64,000 bases of DNA from a virus. The notes under the pieces were generated by a model that had not been told where the DNA came from, made no database searches, and saw nothing but the letters and a program-made list of their open reading frames with translations. Position 1 is the first letter of the stretch; every line of letters begins with the position of its first letter. The DNA lies in IMG/VR virus record IMGVR_UViG_3300042898_004347, positions 76,054 through 140,053 of that record. One strand, given 5' to 3'. Position numbers and translations under genes: made by a program. Shown piece by piece: positions 36,001 through 45,370 of this stretch.

Positions 36001-36941
36001 TCAACCGATGCCATTAGCTCGGTCATGCATGCAACGAGATTCAGTTCGTGGTCAGCCACAAATGCATCCTTGTATTGGTAGTCAGCAAGAATTAGCACAA
36101 TCTGAGGAACACTCTGAGGTTGAGCGTACTCAATCATGTTGTCATAGATCTTGCGAAAGATTGCTGCAGGTTCTAGATCGAGGTTATTGACCACCCATCC
36201 ACGCATGGTCTTAAAGTCTTTTGCTTTTAAGGCGGCAACTAAACTGGCAATATTTGCATCGCCAAGATTCGCAAGAATTCCAGTATCGATTTGACCAGAT
36301 ACGGAGTAACGCTGGCATTCGCCAATGACCCTGCGCCAGTCAGGCGCAAACTTAATAATAAGTTCAGCTAGAACCTTTGGCTCATGCTTGATACCTTCCT
36401 TGAGAAGGATACCTTCCATACGCTTCATAAAAGCACCAGCAAGACCCGCCAATTGCTTTTTAGACGTATTGAATTCGATTACAGAACATCTCGAATGAAG
36501 AGGTTCAATAATACGATTCTTGAAATTGCACGTCAAGATAAACCGGCAATTAGAAGAAAACTCTTCAATGAATCCACGCAGCGCAGGTTGCGTGGATTGT
36601 GGGTTGAGGTAGTCAGCCTCATCAAGGATGACTACTTTCGGCTTGTCCGAACCTTCGAGCGAGATGGAACTTGCAAATTGTCTAATTCGACCACGAAGGA
36701 CATCAATGCCGGAATCTTCCGATCCGTTAATGACAATAGCATCGAGCCCGAGTTCATTGCAAAGAGCTTTTGCAACTGTAGTCTTACCGAGACCGGCCGT
36801 GCCACACAGTAGGAGGTTTTGCATTTCACCCGACGAGACGATACCCTGGAAAGTTTTGAGGAGGTGTTCCGGGAGGATACATTCGCTGAGCTTGGCTGGA
36901 CGGTATTTTTCCGTCCAGAGGAATTCTTCTTGGTTTTGCAT
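35991..36941 (-). CDS. 44: Clamp loader large subunit gp44
   Basis: WTEKYRP, GLGKTT, LDEAD, PLHSRC. Confidence 0.95.
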   Translation of the reverse strand: MQNQEEFLWTEKYRPAKLSECILPEHLLKTFQGIVSSGEMQNLLLCGTAGLGKTTVAKALCNELGLDAIVINGSEDSGIDVLRGRIRQFASSISLEGSDKPKVVILDEADYLNPQSTQPALRGFIEEFSSNCRFILTCNFKNRIIEPLHSRCSVIEFNTSKKQLAGLAGAFMKRMEGILLKEGIKHEPKVLAELIIKFAPDWRRVIGECQRYSVSGQIDTGILANLGDANIASLVAALKAKDFKTMRGWVVNNLDLEPAAIFRKIYDNMIEYAQPQSVPQIVLILADYQYKDAFVADHELNLVACMTELMASVEWK

Positions 36942-36950
36942 GTCTTCATT

Positions 36951-37208
36951 TTAAACTGAAGTTATGCTTTCGTACAACTCTTTAATCTCAGAGGTTTCGT
37001 TTTCGAACTGTACGACAGTCTGCTTATGGTATAATGCAGCAACCTTACGGAAAGTCTTTGGAGCAACCTTGAACTTATCTTCAAGAGCCTTGAGCGTTTC
37101 ATTAATCTGAACACGCTGGGTTTGAATCTCTGACATTGCCTCTGAAATTTGATCAAGGGCAATGCGGATAGCTTTACGATCTTCTGGAGTTGAAGGAATG
37201 AGGCTCAT
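36951..37208 (-). CDS. dsbA: dsDNA-binding protein (T4 DsbA-like)
   Basis: KTFRKVAALYHKQ...FENE...ELYE resembles the T4 DsbA C-terminus. Confidence 0.7.
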   Translation of the reverse strand: MSLIPSTPEDRKAIRIALDQISEAMSEIQTQRVQINETLKALEDKFKVAPKTFRKVAALYHKQTVVQFENETSEIKELYESITSV

Positions 37209-37272
37209 AATAAAAAATGGTGGGTTCTTTTACGACTGCCCCACCAAAAGTCTAGAACTGGAATCTAAAAGA

Positions 37273-37527
37273 TTAAGCTTTTGGCTCAATCATCTGAGCT
37301 GCTGGCTCTTCTTGCTTAGGCGTGCTTGCCTTCAAGAAGTCAGCAAAGCGAGTGCGCAATGCGCCAATCGCAGTTAATTCAGTACCTTCAAAAGCTCCAC
37401 GGCGGGAGACGATATCAATAATCTGAACGACTGCGGCGAGATCGTTTAGCGCGAGTTGCGATGAACCTGCAGCTGGCATTCCAGGTTGTGGTGTTTGTTC
37501 TGTTGTCATAGGTATTACGTTGTCCAT
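37273..37527 (-). CDS. Conserved T4-like hypothetical protein
   Basis: DL..V.QIID..SRRGAF.G.EL..IG. Confidence 0.7.
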   Translation of the reverse strand: MDNVIPMTTEQTPQPGMPAAGSSQLALNDLAAVVQIIDIVSRRGAFEGTELTAIGALRTRFADFLKASTPKQEEPAAQMIEPKA

Positions 37528-37542
37528 AGTTAGTTATATATA

Positions 37543-38214
37543 TCAACCTGAAAAGGTTGAAGTTTTCTCAAGAGCAATCCAATATTCCACTGGAAGATTG
37601 GTGTTCTTAAAATGACTGATTAGTTTTGAGCTAATTGATACGGTATAATCACCAGGCAACATTTTAAGATTGCCGATGACCATGACGAATGAGAATACCT
37701 CTTCACAGGAGTTACTCTCATTTAACGTGATGGTGTATTTATTCGCTGTTGGATTCTTTTGATCCAAAATTGTGATAGAAACTTTACCTTTTTTACCTTC
37801 AATGGCCAGGGTTGAATGGCCAAATACTGCAGAAGCCTTCTTGATCTTATTGATCACGTCTGCCGTGAGATTAAGCACAACATCAGCCTTGGGCATAGTG
37901 ACTGCCTTGGTTGGCGCAGTCAGAACCGAAGGACTCGAATAGAAATACTTAATGGAGCTTTCATTATTCTTAATGATCACAGAATCTTCTGTAAAATTCA
38001 CCTCAGGATCTTCGATCAAAGAGATAGCGGCAAGGAACTCGTTGAGTTCATAGATGCCAAACTCCTTTTCAATTTGCTCAGCAATCTGCGCGGAAGCAAG
38101 AATGTTCTTGGCCTCAGAAATTGTGCTAATGGTATTGCCAGGTTTGAAGACCATGTTCGGATTAATGGCGGAAAAGTTCTTCAGTAAATTGATAGTGTCT
38201 TCAGATAGTTTCAT
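37543..38214 (-). CDS. 45: Sliding clamp gp45
   Basis: MKLSEDTINLLKNFSAIN, FGIYELNEFL, YWIALE. Confidence 0.93.
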   Translation of the reverse strand: MKLSEDTINLLKNFSAINPNMVFKPGNTISTISEAKNILASAQIAEQIEKEFGIYELNEFLAAISLIEDPEVNFTEDSVIIKNNESSIKYFYSSPSVLTAPTKAVTMPKADVVLNLTADVINKIKKASAVFGHSTLAIEGKKGKVSITILDQKNPTANKYTITLNESNSCEEVFSFVMVIGNLKMLPGDYTVSISSKLISHFKNTNLPVEYWIALEKTSTFSG

Positions 38215-38528
38215 AGGTCGGGATTGGCTTTACCCATATCATGTTCGCAGAGGAAAAAGAGGCATGCCGCAGCATGTCCAAGGTGATGTCTTCCAGTTTC
38301 AAGATCGAAACGCTCACCGCGTTTCCAGGCCCAAAGATGACGTTGGAGTGCATCAAAATACCGACGTTCGGCTTCTGGCACATGTCTCCAATTCTCACGG
38401 GCATATTTCTTTGCACCGACAGTCAGAACCGTCGCCAACTCTTCAAGAGTATGCGGAGGGATCAGTCCATATTCCGGTTTATCAGAATCAAACTTTCTAC
38501 CTTCCGTTGGCGACGGTTCTGGTGTCAT
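38211..38528 (-). CDS. dATP/dGTP diphosphohydrolase-domain protein (DUF5664-like)
   Basis: GRKFDSDKP, GAKKY..ENW, A.QRH, ETG.HHLGHA. Confidence 0.8.
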   Translation of the reverse strand: MTPEPSPTEGRKFDSDKPEYGLIPPHTLEELATVLTVGAKKYARENWRHVPEAERRYFDALQRHLWAWKRGERFDLETGRHHLGHAAACLFFLCEHDMGKANPDL

Positions 38529-38565
38529 GATGAAAACAGTTGGGAAATACCCAACTTAGTTGTTC

Positions 38566-38841
38566 TTAGCGGCAACCAGCGCGGGTCAACGAACGGCCTT
38601 GATGTGGGCCGTCAGCAACTGGACGAGCGGTATCGAGGCGATACTTGAAGACCGTTTGACCTTGGCTATTGGTGCGTTTGTTCGTGTAGATACGAGCGCC
38701 TTCATTGCGGAGCTCGGCGATAACGGCAGATGGGTTCGCGATGCTGAGACGCTTAGAGACTTCAGCAGTTGTAACTTCCTTGCCCTTGGCGAGGAAATTA
38801 AAGAGGCGAGCTTTCTGACTTGTGGATTTTGTGCTATTCAT
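38566..38841 (-). CDS. Winged helix-turn-helix DNA-binding protein
   Basis: VTTAEVSKRLSIANPSAVIAELRNEG..I...YRL. Confidence 0.75.
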   Translation of the reverse strand: MNSTKSTSQKARLFNFLAKGKEVTTAEVSKRLSIANPSAVIAELRNEGARIYTNKRTNSQGQTVFKYRLDTARPVADGPHQGRSLTRAGCR

Positions 38842-38967
38842 ATTATTCTTAACTTATTCAATAGTCCATTGAGTTGACTATGCTGATTGGACTAATCTCA
38901 GCATAGTAGAATCATACACCAGTCATGCATGTTGTAAATAACAAAATGCATGCTGGCAGTTTATTTT

Positions 38968-40140
38968 TTAGAATGCGGTTTCTGCAGGTTCAGCAGGTGC
39001 AGCCACAGCAGGTTCAGCTGGAACTTCCTTTGGAATGATTGTAGGATCAATCTTGGAGTAAAGATCCGAGAACGCAATCTTGGTGTCCTGATCAAAGCGA
39101 GCAATACACATGTCGATGGACTTCAGACGATCGCCGAAGATTGCAAAGGTGTGAGCGATATGGCAAAGACGACGAGTGGAAATGAGCTCATCCACGCCAC
39201 CATCAGCAAACGTTTTGCGGATGACTTCAGCCCACGTGACGAGATACTCAGCAAATTGCTCATCAACTTTCTTGAACTTTTCCATGTGCTTGAGCACAAT
39301 CTTGCGTTCAGTAGCCAATGGAGGATATGACTGTTCGATCGTGCAGACGAAACGCTCGAGGAAAGCCTCGTCGATTACCGTTGCAGAAACAAACCTGCCA
39401 TCCTCAGAACCTTTGCCTTTGGTATTCGCAGTAGCAATCACATTGAAACCAGTAGCAGGACGGATGACTTCACCCGTCTTTTTGATCATGATTGGTTTGC
39501 CTTCCAGCACACCTTGAAGACACATGATTTTGTTGGTGGAACGGTCAATTTCGTCCACGAGAAGAATGGCACCACGCTCCATGGCTTTCACCACGGGACC
39601 TTTGGCAAACACCGTCTCGCCATTTACAAGGCGGAAGCCGCCGATCAAATCATCTTCATCCGTTTCTGGTGAAATCTGGACGCGGATGTACTCGCGCTCT
39701 GACTGAGCGCAGGCTTGTTCGACCATCATCGTCTTGCCATTACCCGACAATCCGGAAATAAAAATTGGATAGAAAGCACGAGACTTAATAACCATTGCAA
39801 TATCAGCATATTCGCCCCAGCGAATGTAGGTATCATCTGCATGTGGAACGTACGTGTCCGTGTTCAGGATGGACGTTACGGGAGCAGAAAGTTTGAACGA
39901 GGTCAGAGCAGATTCATCTGCAACGTGAACCGGATCTTCCGGGCGCGTGACGCCCATCGGGAGAGAGTAGTCGTAAAGACCCTTTCGAATCTTGAAGCTA
40001 TCTTTGAGAAGGTCCGAATACTCCTTGGGGGCAAACCCAAGTTGAGTACCGATTTCGTCAATCGTCTTCCGGCGAAATTGAACTTTGTCTGGAAATTGAA
40101 CCTTGAGAGATTCAATGATGGTTACTGATGCTGTTTTCAT
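38968..40140 (-). CDS. MoxR/CobS-like AAA+ ATPase
   Basis: GLSGNGKT, LLVDEID, TANTKGKG, AFLERF, ISTRRL. Confidence 0.9.
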   Translation of the reverse strand: MKTASVTIIESLKVQFPDKVQFRRKTIDEIGTQLGFAPKEYSDLLKDSFKIRKGLYDYSLPMGVTRPEDPVHVADESALTSFKLSAPVTSILNTDTYVPHADDTYIRWGEYADIAMVIKSRAFYPIFISGLSGNGKTMMVEQACAQSEREYIRVQISPETDEDDLIGGFRLVNGETVFAKGPVVKAMERGAILLVDEIDRSTNKIMCLQGVLEGKPIMIKKTGEVIRPATGFNVIATANTKGKGSEDGRFVSATVIDEAFLERFVCTIEQSYPPLATERKIVLKHMEKFKKVDEQFAEYLVTWAEVIRKTFADGGVDELISTRRLCHIAHTFAIFGDRLKSIDMCIARFDQDTKIAFSDLYSKIDPTIIPKEVPAEPAVAAPAEPAETAF

Positions 40141-40149
40141 TATGGTACA

Positions 40150-40205
40150 ATCATACTAAATTCACCTAGAAAGTAAATCACTAAGAATTACCTAAGTGTT
40201 TGATA
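40150..40205 (-). promoter_or_regulatory. Early-type promoter with an upstream IHF-consensus site
   Basis: TATCAA-ACAC-TTA (40193-40205), ATTTAC-N17-TATGAT, 9 nt, ATG. Confidence 0.65.
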
Positions 40206-40215
40206 ATCAATAGGG

Positions 40216-42495
40216 TCAAGCAATACTCTTGGCAAACTTAGAAACAAACACGCGATTTACTTGTTTTGACTTGGAGAATTGAGAAAATGCGCGGGCCATT
40301 TTCGAACGGGTCATGTCAGAATCAATCACGAGCTCATCCTCATCCGTGTCAAGGTCAGAACCAGAAGCCACGATGAAGTACTCATCATAGTTCCAAGCGC
40401 CGCTGATGCAGATGGACTTCTCTTTAGAGTAGATAGAAGAATAATTCTTGCGCCACGTTTCATGGGCGACATTATACGCAACGCTTTTAGAGGTACTCGT
40501 CATTGCGGTAACGGCATGACGACCCGCACTGGATTTGCTGGAAGGAATGAAGAATCCAATGACGTTGCTCTGCGTCGTAATCTTTAGATTTTTGACGAGT
40601 TCAGCAGTAAATTCATGGCTATTCATGCTGGAATTGATCGTACGACCATTCAAATTAAGCTTAATCATCTCTTTGTAGGACGCATATTTTCCTGCAGCAG
40701 TATCGGCAAGATGACGCTCTTTGTTTGTGCGACACTGGATGCTTTGTCCCTCACCGTCCGTGAGGACGATCGTGGTCATTTTCTGTACCTTGTGCTGATC
40801 CTTGAAGGATTTCACGAGATGATGTGCAGCAATAAGAGTCTCATTTAAAGGCGTACTGCCTAGTTCCTCAACTCTGCCTTTTGCGCCGTGGCAACCAGCT
40901 TTGGCATAGACATTAGACTGAATGAAAAGGTCCTTAAGAGCCCGATTAAAATCGGACTTAGACATCGTGGAACTCACGAGTTGAAGAATGACGACCTCAT
41001 CGGTAATAAGTTCATTGTCACGGCCATAACCACGCTCTCCGTGTGGAGTGGTAACATCTGGACGCGCAGCCGCATTTGCAGTGAAGCCATAGACTTCAAA
41101 AGGAATTCCACTAGATTTGCAGAAAAGACTAAGATTGATAATGTGCTTCAACACGTAGGGGAGAACGGTATTCATCGAGGAAGAATAATCCACAAACATC
41201 ATCATTCCGTGATTCTTGGCATTGGCCAATTGGCTAACACTGAGGAAAATGTCATCAGAGTAGCGATAGTTATGCAACTTGTTGACATTTAAAATTCCGG
41301 TATCAGACACGGTGGATCGGCTATACTGATAGGCGGCTTTACGCATGTCAAATTCTTTTTGAAGGACAGACACAAATTTCTTTGTGGATCCCATAAATTC
41401 AGTAAAATCTTGATCCAATGAAGGATAGTTGATCTTTATGGTACGGTATGCAATAGACACATCGCGCGACTTAAAAATTTCTTTGTAACCAATGCGCATT
41501 TTAGCATACTGATCCTTGGAAGGTTCAATCATGTAGCAGGTACGCTTTACGCCAACAGAAGTATCCAGAAGGCTTTTTGCATTTTGCTCAAAATTACGCT
41601 CCGTCTGAATTTCAGGTGCAGCTGAGGTAGGTTTATCGGTGGACTTTGCAGAAGTCGTGAGGTCGGATTCTTTCGAGTCCATCTTAGCCTCATTTTCCTT
41701 ACGCGATTCACCGTCCTCGGAATTCTTTTTATTAGCATCGGACTTTCTGTCCGACTTCGAGTCGTCCTGCTCGGAGCTTTTATCCGCGCTATCATCTTCG
41801 GATTTCTTTGAAGACTTAGCCTCGGACTTTTGATCCGTAGGCTCATTAGTGACCTCAGTGTCACCAGTAGGATCCATCACAGAATTTTCACCTTCGCCTT
41901 CTTGAGATTCTGCAGGAATTTGAACTTGCCCATCTTCCTGCTTTTCCGCTTGAGCTTTAGCAAATTTCTCTAGGGCAACTGCAGCAGCCACAGTATCTTC
42001 CCACGTAACCACGCTCATCACTTGACTAAGAATTTCTTGCTCTTCTGAAGCGAATTGGATATTGGCCAACCGACCCAACTTAGCATGAAGATTGACGCGG
42101 TCGCCAATTCCAAGCTTCGAGGTGTCTTTACCCTTGGTGCCAAAGAAATCTTCAGCATTGAGTACGCCATAACCACGACGGAAAGAACCCACGAGGCCAG
42201 GATATGTGGATTGAATCATACGCTCAATGCGGACGTCTTCCACAATGTTGAGATAGGACTTAGCGCATGGCAGCCTGCCATCTAGGCCATTTGAAGGGGT
42301 ATAAAGAGCATGGCCAACTTCGTGACCAACAAGAAGATCGTACACGTCCTTGCCTTTATCTTTCCAGATTGGAAGTCCAAGGATACGTTCCTTGACGTCA
42401 AAAAAGGCGGTTGAGTAGTTGCCATGCTGCACCGAGATGTTCTCCTTTGACAGGAGTCGTGCCAGCATTGATTGGCTTTGCGATTCGTTCTTCAT
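40216..42495 (-). CDS. CobT-like metallopeptidase/VWA protein
   Basis: HEVGHALYT (HExxH), acidic linker, DYSSSM, TPLNE, LTDGE (MIDAS). Confidence 0.85.
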   Translation of the reverse strand: MKNESQSQSMLARLLSKENISVQHGNYSTAFFDVKERILGLPIWKDKGKDVYDLLVGHEVGHALYTPSNGLDGRLPCAKSYLNIVEDVRIERMIQSTYPGLVGSFRRGYGVLNAEDFFGTKGKDTSKLGIGDRVNLHAKLGRLANIQFASEEQEILSQVMSVVTWEDTVAAAVALEKFAKAQAEKQEDGQVQIPAESQEGEGENSVMDPTGDTEVTNEPTDQKSEAKSSKKSEDDSADKSSEQDDSKSDRKSDANKKNSEDGESRKENEAKMDSKESDLTTSAKSTDKPTSAAPEIQTERNFEQNAKSLLDTSVGVKRTCYMIEPSKDQYAKMRIGYKEIFKSRDVSIAYRTIKINYPSLDQDFTEFMGSTKKFVSVLQKEFDMRKAAYQYSRSTVSDTGILNVNKLHNYRYSDDIFLSVSQLANAKNHGMMMFVDYSSSMNTVLPYVLKHIINLSLFCKSSGIPFEVYGFTANAAARPDVTTPHGERGYGRDNELITDEVVILQLVSSTMSKSDFNRALKDLFIQSNVYAKAGCHGAKGRVEELGSTPLNETLIAAHHLVKSFKDQHKVQKMTTIVLTDGEGQSIQCRTNKERHLADTAAGKYASYKEMIKLNLNGRTINSSMNSHEFTAELVKNLKITTQSNVIGFFIPSSKSSAGRHAVTAMTSTSKSVAYNVAHETWRKNYSSIYSKEKSICISGAWNYDEYFIVASGSDLDTDEDELVIDSDMTRSKMARAFSQFSKSKQVNRVFVSKFAKSIA

Positions 42496-42504
42496 TCTGC
42501 AGAT

Positions 42505-42591
42505 ATACTAGACTGTCCGTAGGCAAAAGTAAATAGCTAAACTCACAGAATCTAGCGCGATTTTGCGCGACCCTTGACCATCAACAACTTA
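42505..42591 (-). promoter_or_regulatory. Early-type promoter with an upstream IHF-like site
   Basis: TTTACT-N17-TAGTAT, 9 nt, ATG; CATCAACAACTTA at 42579-42591. Confidence 0.55.
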
Positions 42592-42599
42592 GGAAATTC

Positions 42600-44309
42600 T
42601 TACCTGCAGTAACTGAAGTTCTTTTCTTTGTAAAACTCGAGCTTTGCCTTAAATTTTCCATCCAATGCATCATGCTTATGGCTAATGATGAAGACGTTGG
42701 TGTCGCTTTCAAGCGTACCCAGAATTTTAATTAGATTCTCAACACCATCAGCATCAAGAGAAGAATCAAACGTTTCATCCAACACCAAGAGATTTGTTGA
42801 GGTAGAATTCTTCATTCTAGCAATCTGTCTCCACGTGAATAGAAGAGCTAGGTCAATTCTGGATTTTTCACCTTCAGAGAATGACGAATAAGTGAATGAA
42901 TCCCGATGCCGAGATTTAATGGTTTCCTCAAAGGATTCGTTAAGGTTAAAAGAAACGAAGAAGTCAAGAACCTGTAGGTAGTTATTGATCAGCTTATTCA
43001 TGATGGGAAGATACTGACGAATAATCTTGGTTTTGATTCCAGTATCCTTCAACATTTCTGCAATAGCCTGATTGTACGTACCTTCCTCGTAATAACCAGC
43101 ACGGCGGTTATTTAGGTCTGCTGAATTGGAATTAAAATCCGATAGGGCAGTTTCTGCAGAAGCAATGTCGGTATTCTTACTCTTGGCGGATTCAGCTTCC
43201 AGTAGTTTGATTTGCTTCTGGATTGAAGACACCGTCATATTGTTTGAAAAGATTATGTTATGCAGCTTTGAATAACCATTCAGCTTTTCGGTAGCAGCAT
43301 TAATTTCATCGGCAACGGTATTCAGCTCATCAATAAGATCATTTCTTGCCTGAGACAGTTCATCGTTCTTTAGCTTTACCTTACCCAACTTTTCTTCCTT
43401 AAATGCCGCATCGAGCACCTGTGCACACGTTGGGCAATTATTGTTCTCCTCATAGAACTTGGCGTCACGGACCAATGCTTTAATCTTGGCTTCAATCTGA
43501 GTCTGATACGTTGCCAACTTACTCTTCATGTTTGTGAGCCTCAGCGATTCTTTCTTTACGGCTTCAAGCTCATTACCTATGGTCTTATTGATGCCATCGT
43601 TTTCCGATATGAGCTCATCAATCTCCTTCTGAAGCTCTTGAATCTGTATTACATTCTTTGCGACATTCTCGGCATCTAGATTCTTAAGGTCGCCAATGTA
43701 CTTCTCCTGCATCTTAATCTTTTCACGAATAAGATCAATCTCATAGTTTGTATTGGTGAGGAGTTCTCTTAGCTTTGCACTACGTTCCTTGAGCACAATG
43801 TTCATCTTGGTGAAGATGTTAATGTCCAATAGATCCTCAATGACCTCTCTCCGAGCGTTATTGGGCAACTGCATGAAAGGGATGAATGACGACGAACCTA
43901 GCACCACGATCTGGTGAAATGACTTATGGTTCAGCTTGAGAATGTTTTGCTCAAGGATTTTCTGATAGTCTCGGCTGTGGGACTCCTGATTGATTAAGAC
44001 TCCATTCTGGATAATCTCAAACTTATTAGGCTTGATTCCACGGGCGACTTTAAATTCAGTCTGTCCAACACTAAATTCAACCTCAACCTCGCAATCACGA
44101 TTATTGATTGAATTAAGAAGTTGTGGTTTCTTAATATCACGATGTGGCTTACCGAAAAGAGCAAAAGACAGGGCATCCAGCAAAGTAGATTTGCCAGAAC
44201 CATTCTGACCAACAATCAGAGTGGATGGAGATGCATCAAGCTCAATTGTGGTAAACTTATCTCCAGTCGAAAGGAAATTTCTGTATTTGCAACGCTTAAA
44301 GACGATCAT
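42600..44309 (-). CDS. 46: Recombination endonuclease subunit gp46 (Rad50-like)
   Basis: GQNGSGKS, CPTC zinc hook, FSEGEK, LDETFD. Confidence 0.95.
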   Translation of the reverse strand: MIVFKRCKYRNFLSTGDKFTTIELDASPSTLIVGQNGSGKSTLLDALSFALFGKPHRDIKKPQLLNSINNRDCEVEVEFSVGQTEFKVARGIKPNKFEIIQNGVLINQESHSRDYQKILEQNILKLNHKSFHQIVVLGSSSFIPFMQLPNNARREVIEDLLDINIFTKMNIVLKERSAKLRELLTNTNYEIDLIREKIKMQEKYIGDLKNLDAENVAKNVIQIQELQKEIDELISENDGINKTIGNELEAVKKESLRLTNMKSKLATYQTQIEAKIKALVRDAKFYEENNNCPTCAQVLDAAFKEEKLGKVKLKNDELSQARNDLIDELNTVADEINAATEKLNGYSKLHNIIFSNNMTVSSIQKQIKLLEAESAKSKNTDIASAETALSDFNSNSADLNNRRAGYYEEGTYNQAIAEMLKDTGIKTKIIRQYLPIMNKLINNYLQVLDFFVSFNLNESFEETIKSRHRDSFTYSSFSEGEKSRIDLALLFTWRQIARMKNSTSTNLLVLDETFDSSLDADGVENLIKILGTLESDTNVFIISHKHDALDGKFKAKLEFYKEKNFSYCR

Positions 44310-45370
44310 GCTGTTTCTAGATTCTGAGCTTCAATGAATAATTCGCGAAGGCGTGTTTTAATAACATCTTTGTCCAGGTCCGTCTGAGTAGCATCGACAT
44401 ATGCGCCAATAAGCTCAGAAGTATCTGACACTTTCTCCAGGTCTTCGCTATCCACATTTGATCCCAGAAATTCATCAAAGTTCTCTGCAATTTTAATTTC
44501 AAAGACGTCTTGCTTTTGAATACGATCCAGAAATCGATCAAACGCAAAGAGATCAGACTTATTAACCACAAGAATTTTAATAAATTTATGACGTAGATCA
44601 GTAACATCGTAACCATCATAGTCAAATTCTTTATCGTTGTAAATGATTTTAGTAAAGATTGTCAGCGGATTTAGTACTGGAGTCAGCTCTCGAGTTTCAG
44701 TATCAAACACGTGAAAAAATTTAGGATCATCCACATCTGACCAAAACATTTCAAACTGAGTACCAAGATAATTGATATTGCCCTTGGTAGACTTAGTATG
44801 GTAGTGTCCAGAGAGAACCATTTCAAATCGACTAAATGGATCTGTTGGCATTCCATGAGAGCATGGCATACCTTTCATCATTTCAAATCCTTCAAGTTCT
44901 AGATGTGCACCAAGAATAGATGCCTCACACGTTTCCACAAACTTCATGGAGTCTGCATAGTTCTCAGGATTAATCCATGGAAGCATTGCAATCTTGCAGC
45001 CAGCGTAATCCATCACCTTTGGCTCCATGATAATGTTTACGTTCTCAACGAAATAACCCAGCAATTCCTTTAAGGAACATAGTTCATTCGTGTTCTTATA
45101 AACCACATCATGATTGCCCGGAATGATGTCCATCGACATTCCATTTTCACGCAGCGGTTCCAGGAACGTCTTGCGCGAATGATGAAGGGCTTTAAAGTTA
45201 ATGTATTTCCGATGATCGTAGAAATCACCCAGATGGATAATCTGCTTTATGCCATTCTCTTTGCAATATGGAAAGAAGACATCAGAATAAAACTTTCCGA
45301 TGTAATTAAGAAATACGTCTGAAGCATTTCTTGCTCCAGTATGGGTGTCATTCAGAATTGCCAGTTTCAT
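44306..45370 (-). CDS. 47: Recombination endonuclease subunit gp47 (Mre11-like)
   Basis: DTH, HLGD, GNHD, GHYH. Confidence 0.95.
   Translation of the reverse strand: MKLAILNDTHTGARNASDVFLNYIGKFYSDVFFPYCKENGIKQIIHLGDFYDHRKYINFKALHHSRKTFLEPLRENGMSMDIIPGNHDVVYKNTNELCSLKELLGYFVENVNIIMEPKVMDYAGCKIAMLPWINPENYADSMKFVETCEASILGAHLELEGFEMMKGMPCSHGMPTDPFSRFEMVLSGHYHTKSTKGNINYLGTQFEMFWSDVDDPKFFHVFDTETRELTPVLNPLTIFTKIIYNDKEFDYDGYDVTDLRHKFIKILVVNKSDLFAFDRFLDRIQKQDVFEIKIAENFDEFLGSNVDSEDLEKVSDTSELIGAYVDATQTDLDKDVIKTRLRELFIEAQNLETA

Noticed and set aside
38211-38528. DUF5664-like gene as evidence of a 2-aminoadenine (Z) or 7-deazaguanine genome
   Set aside because: No purZ, dpdA or que genes are in the window, and the domain is widespread.
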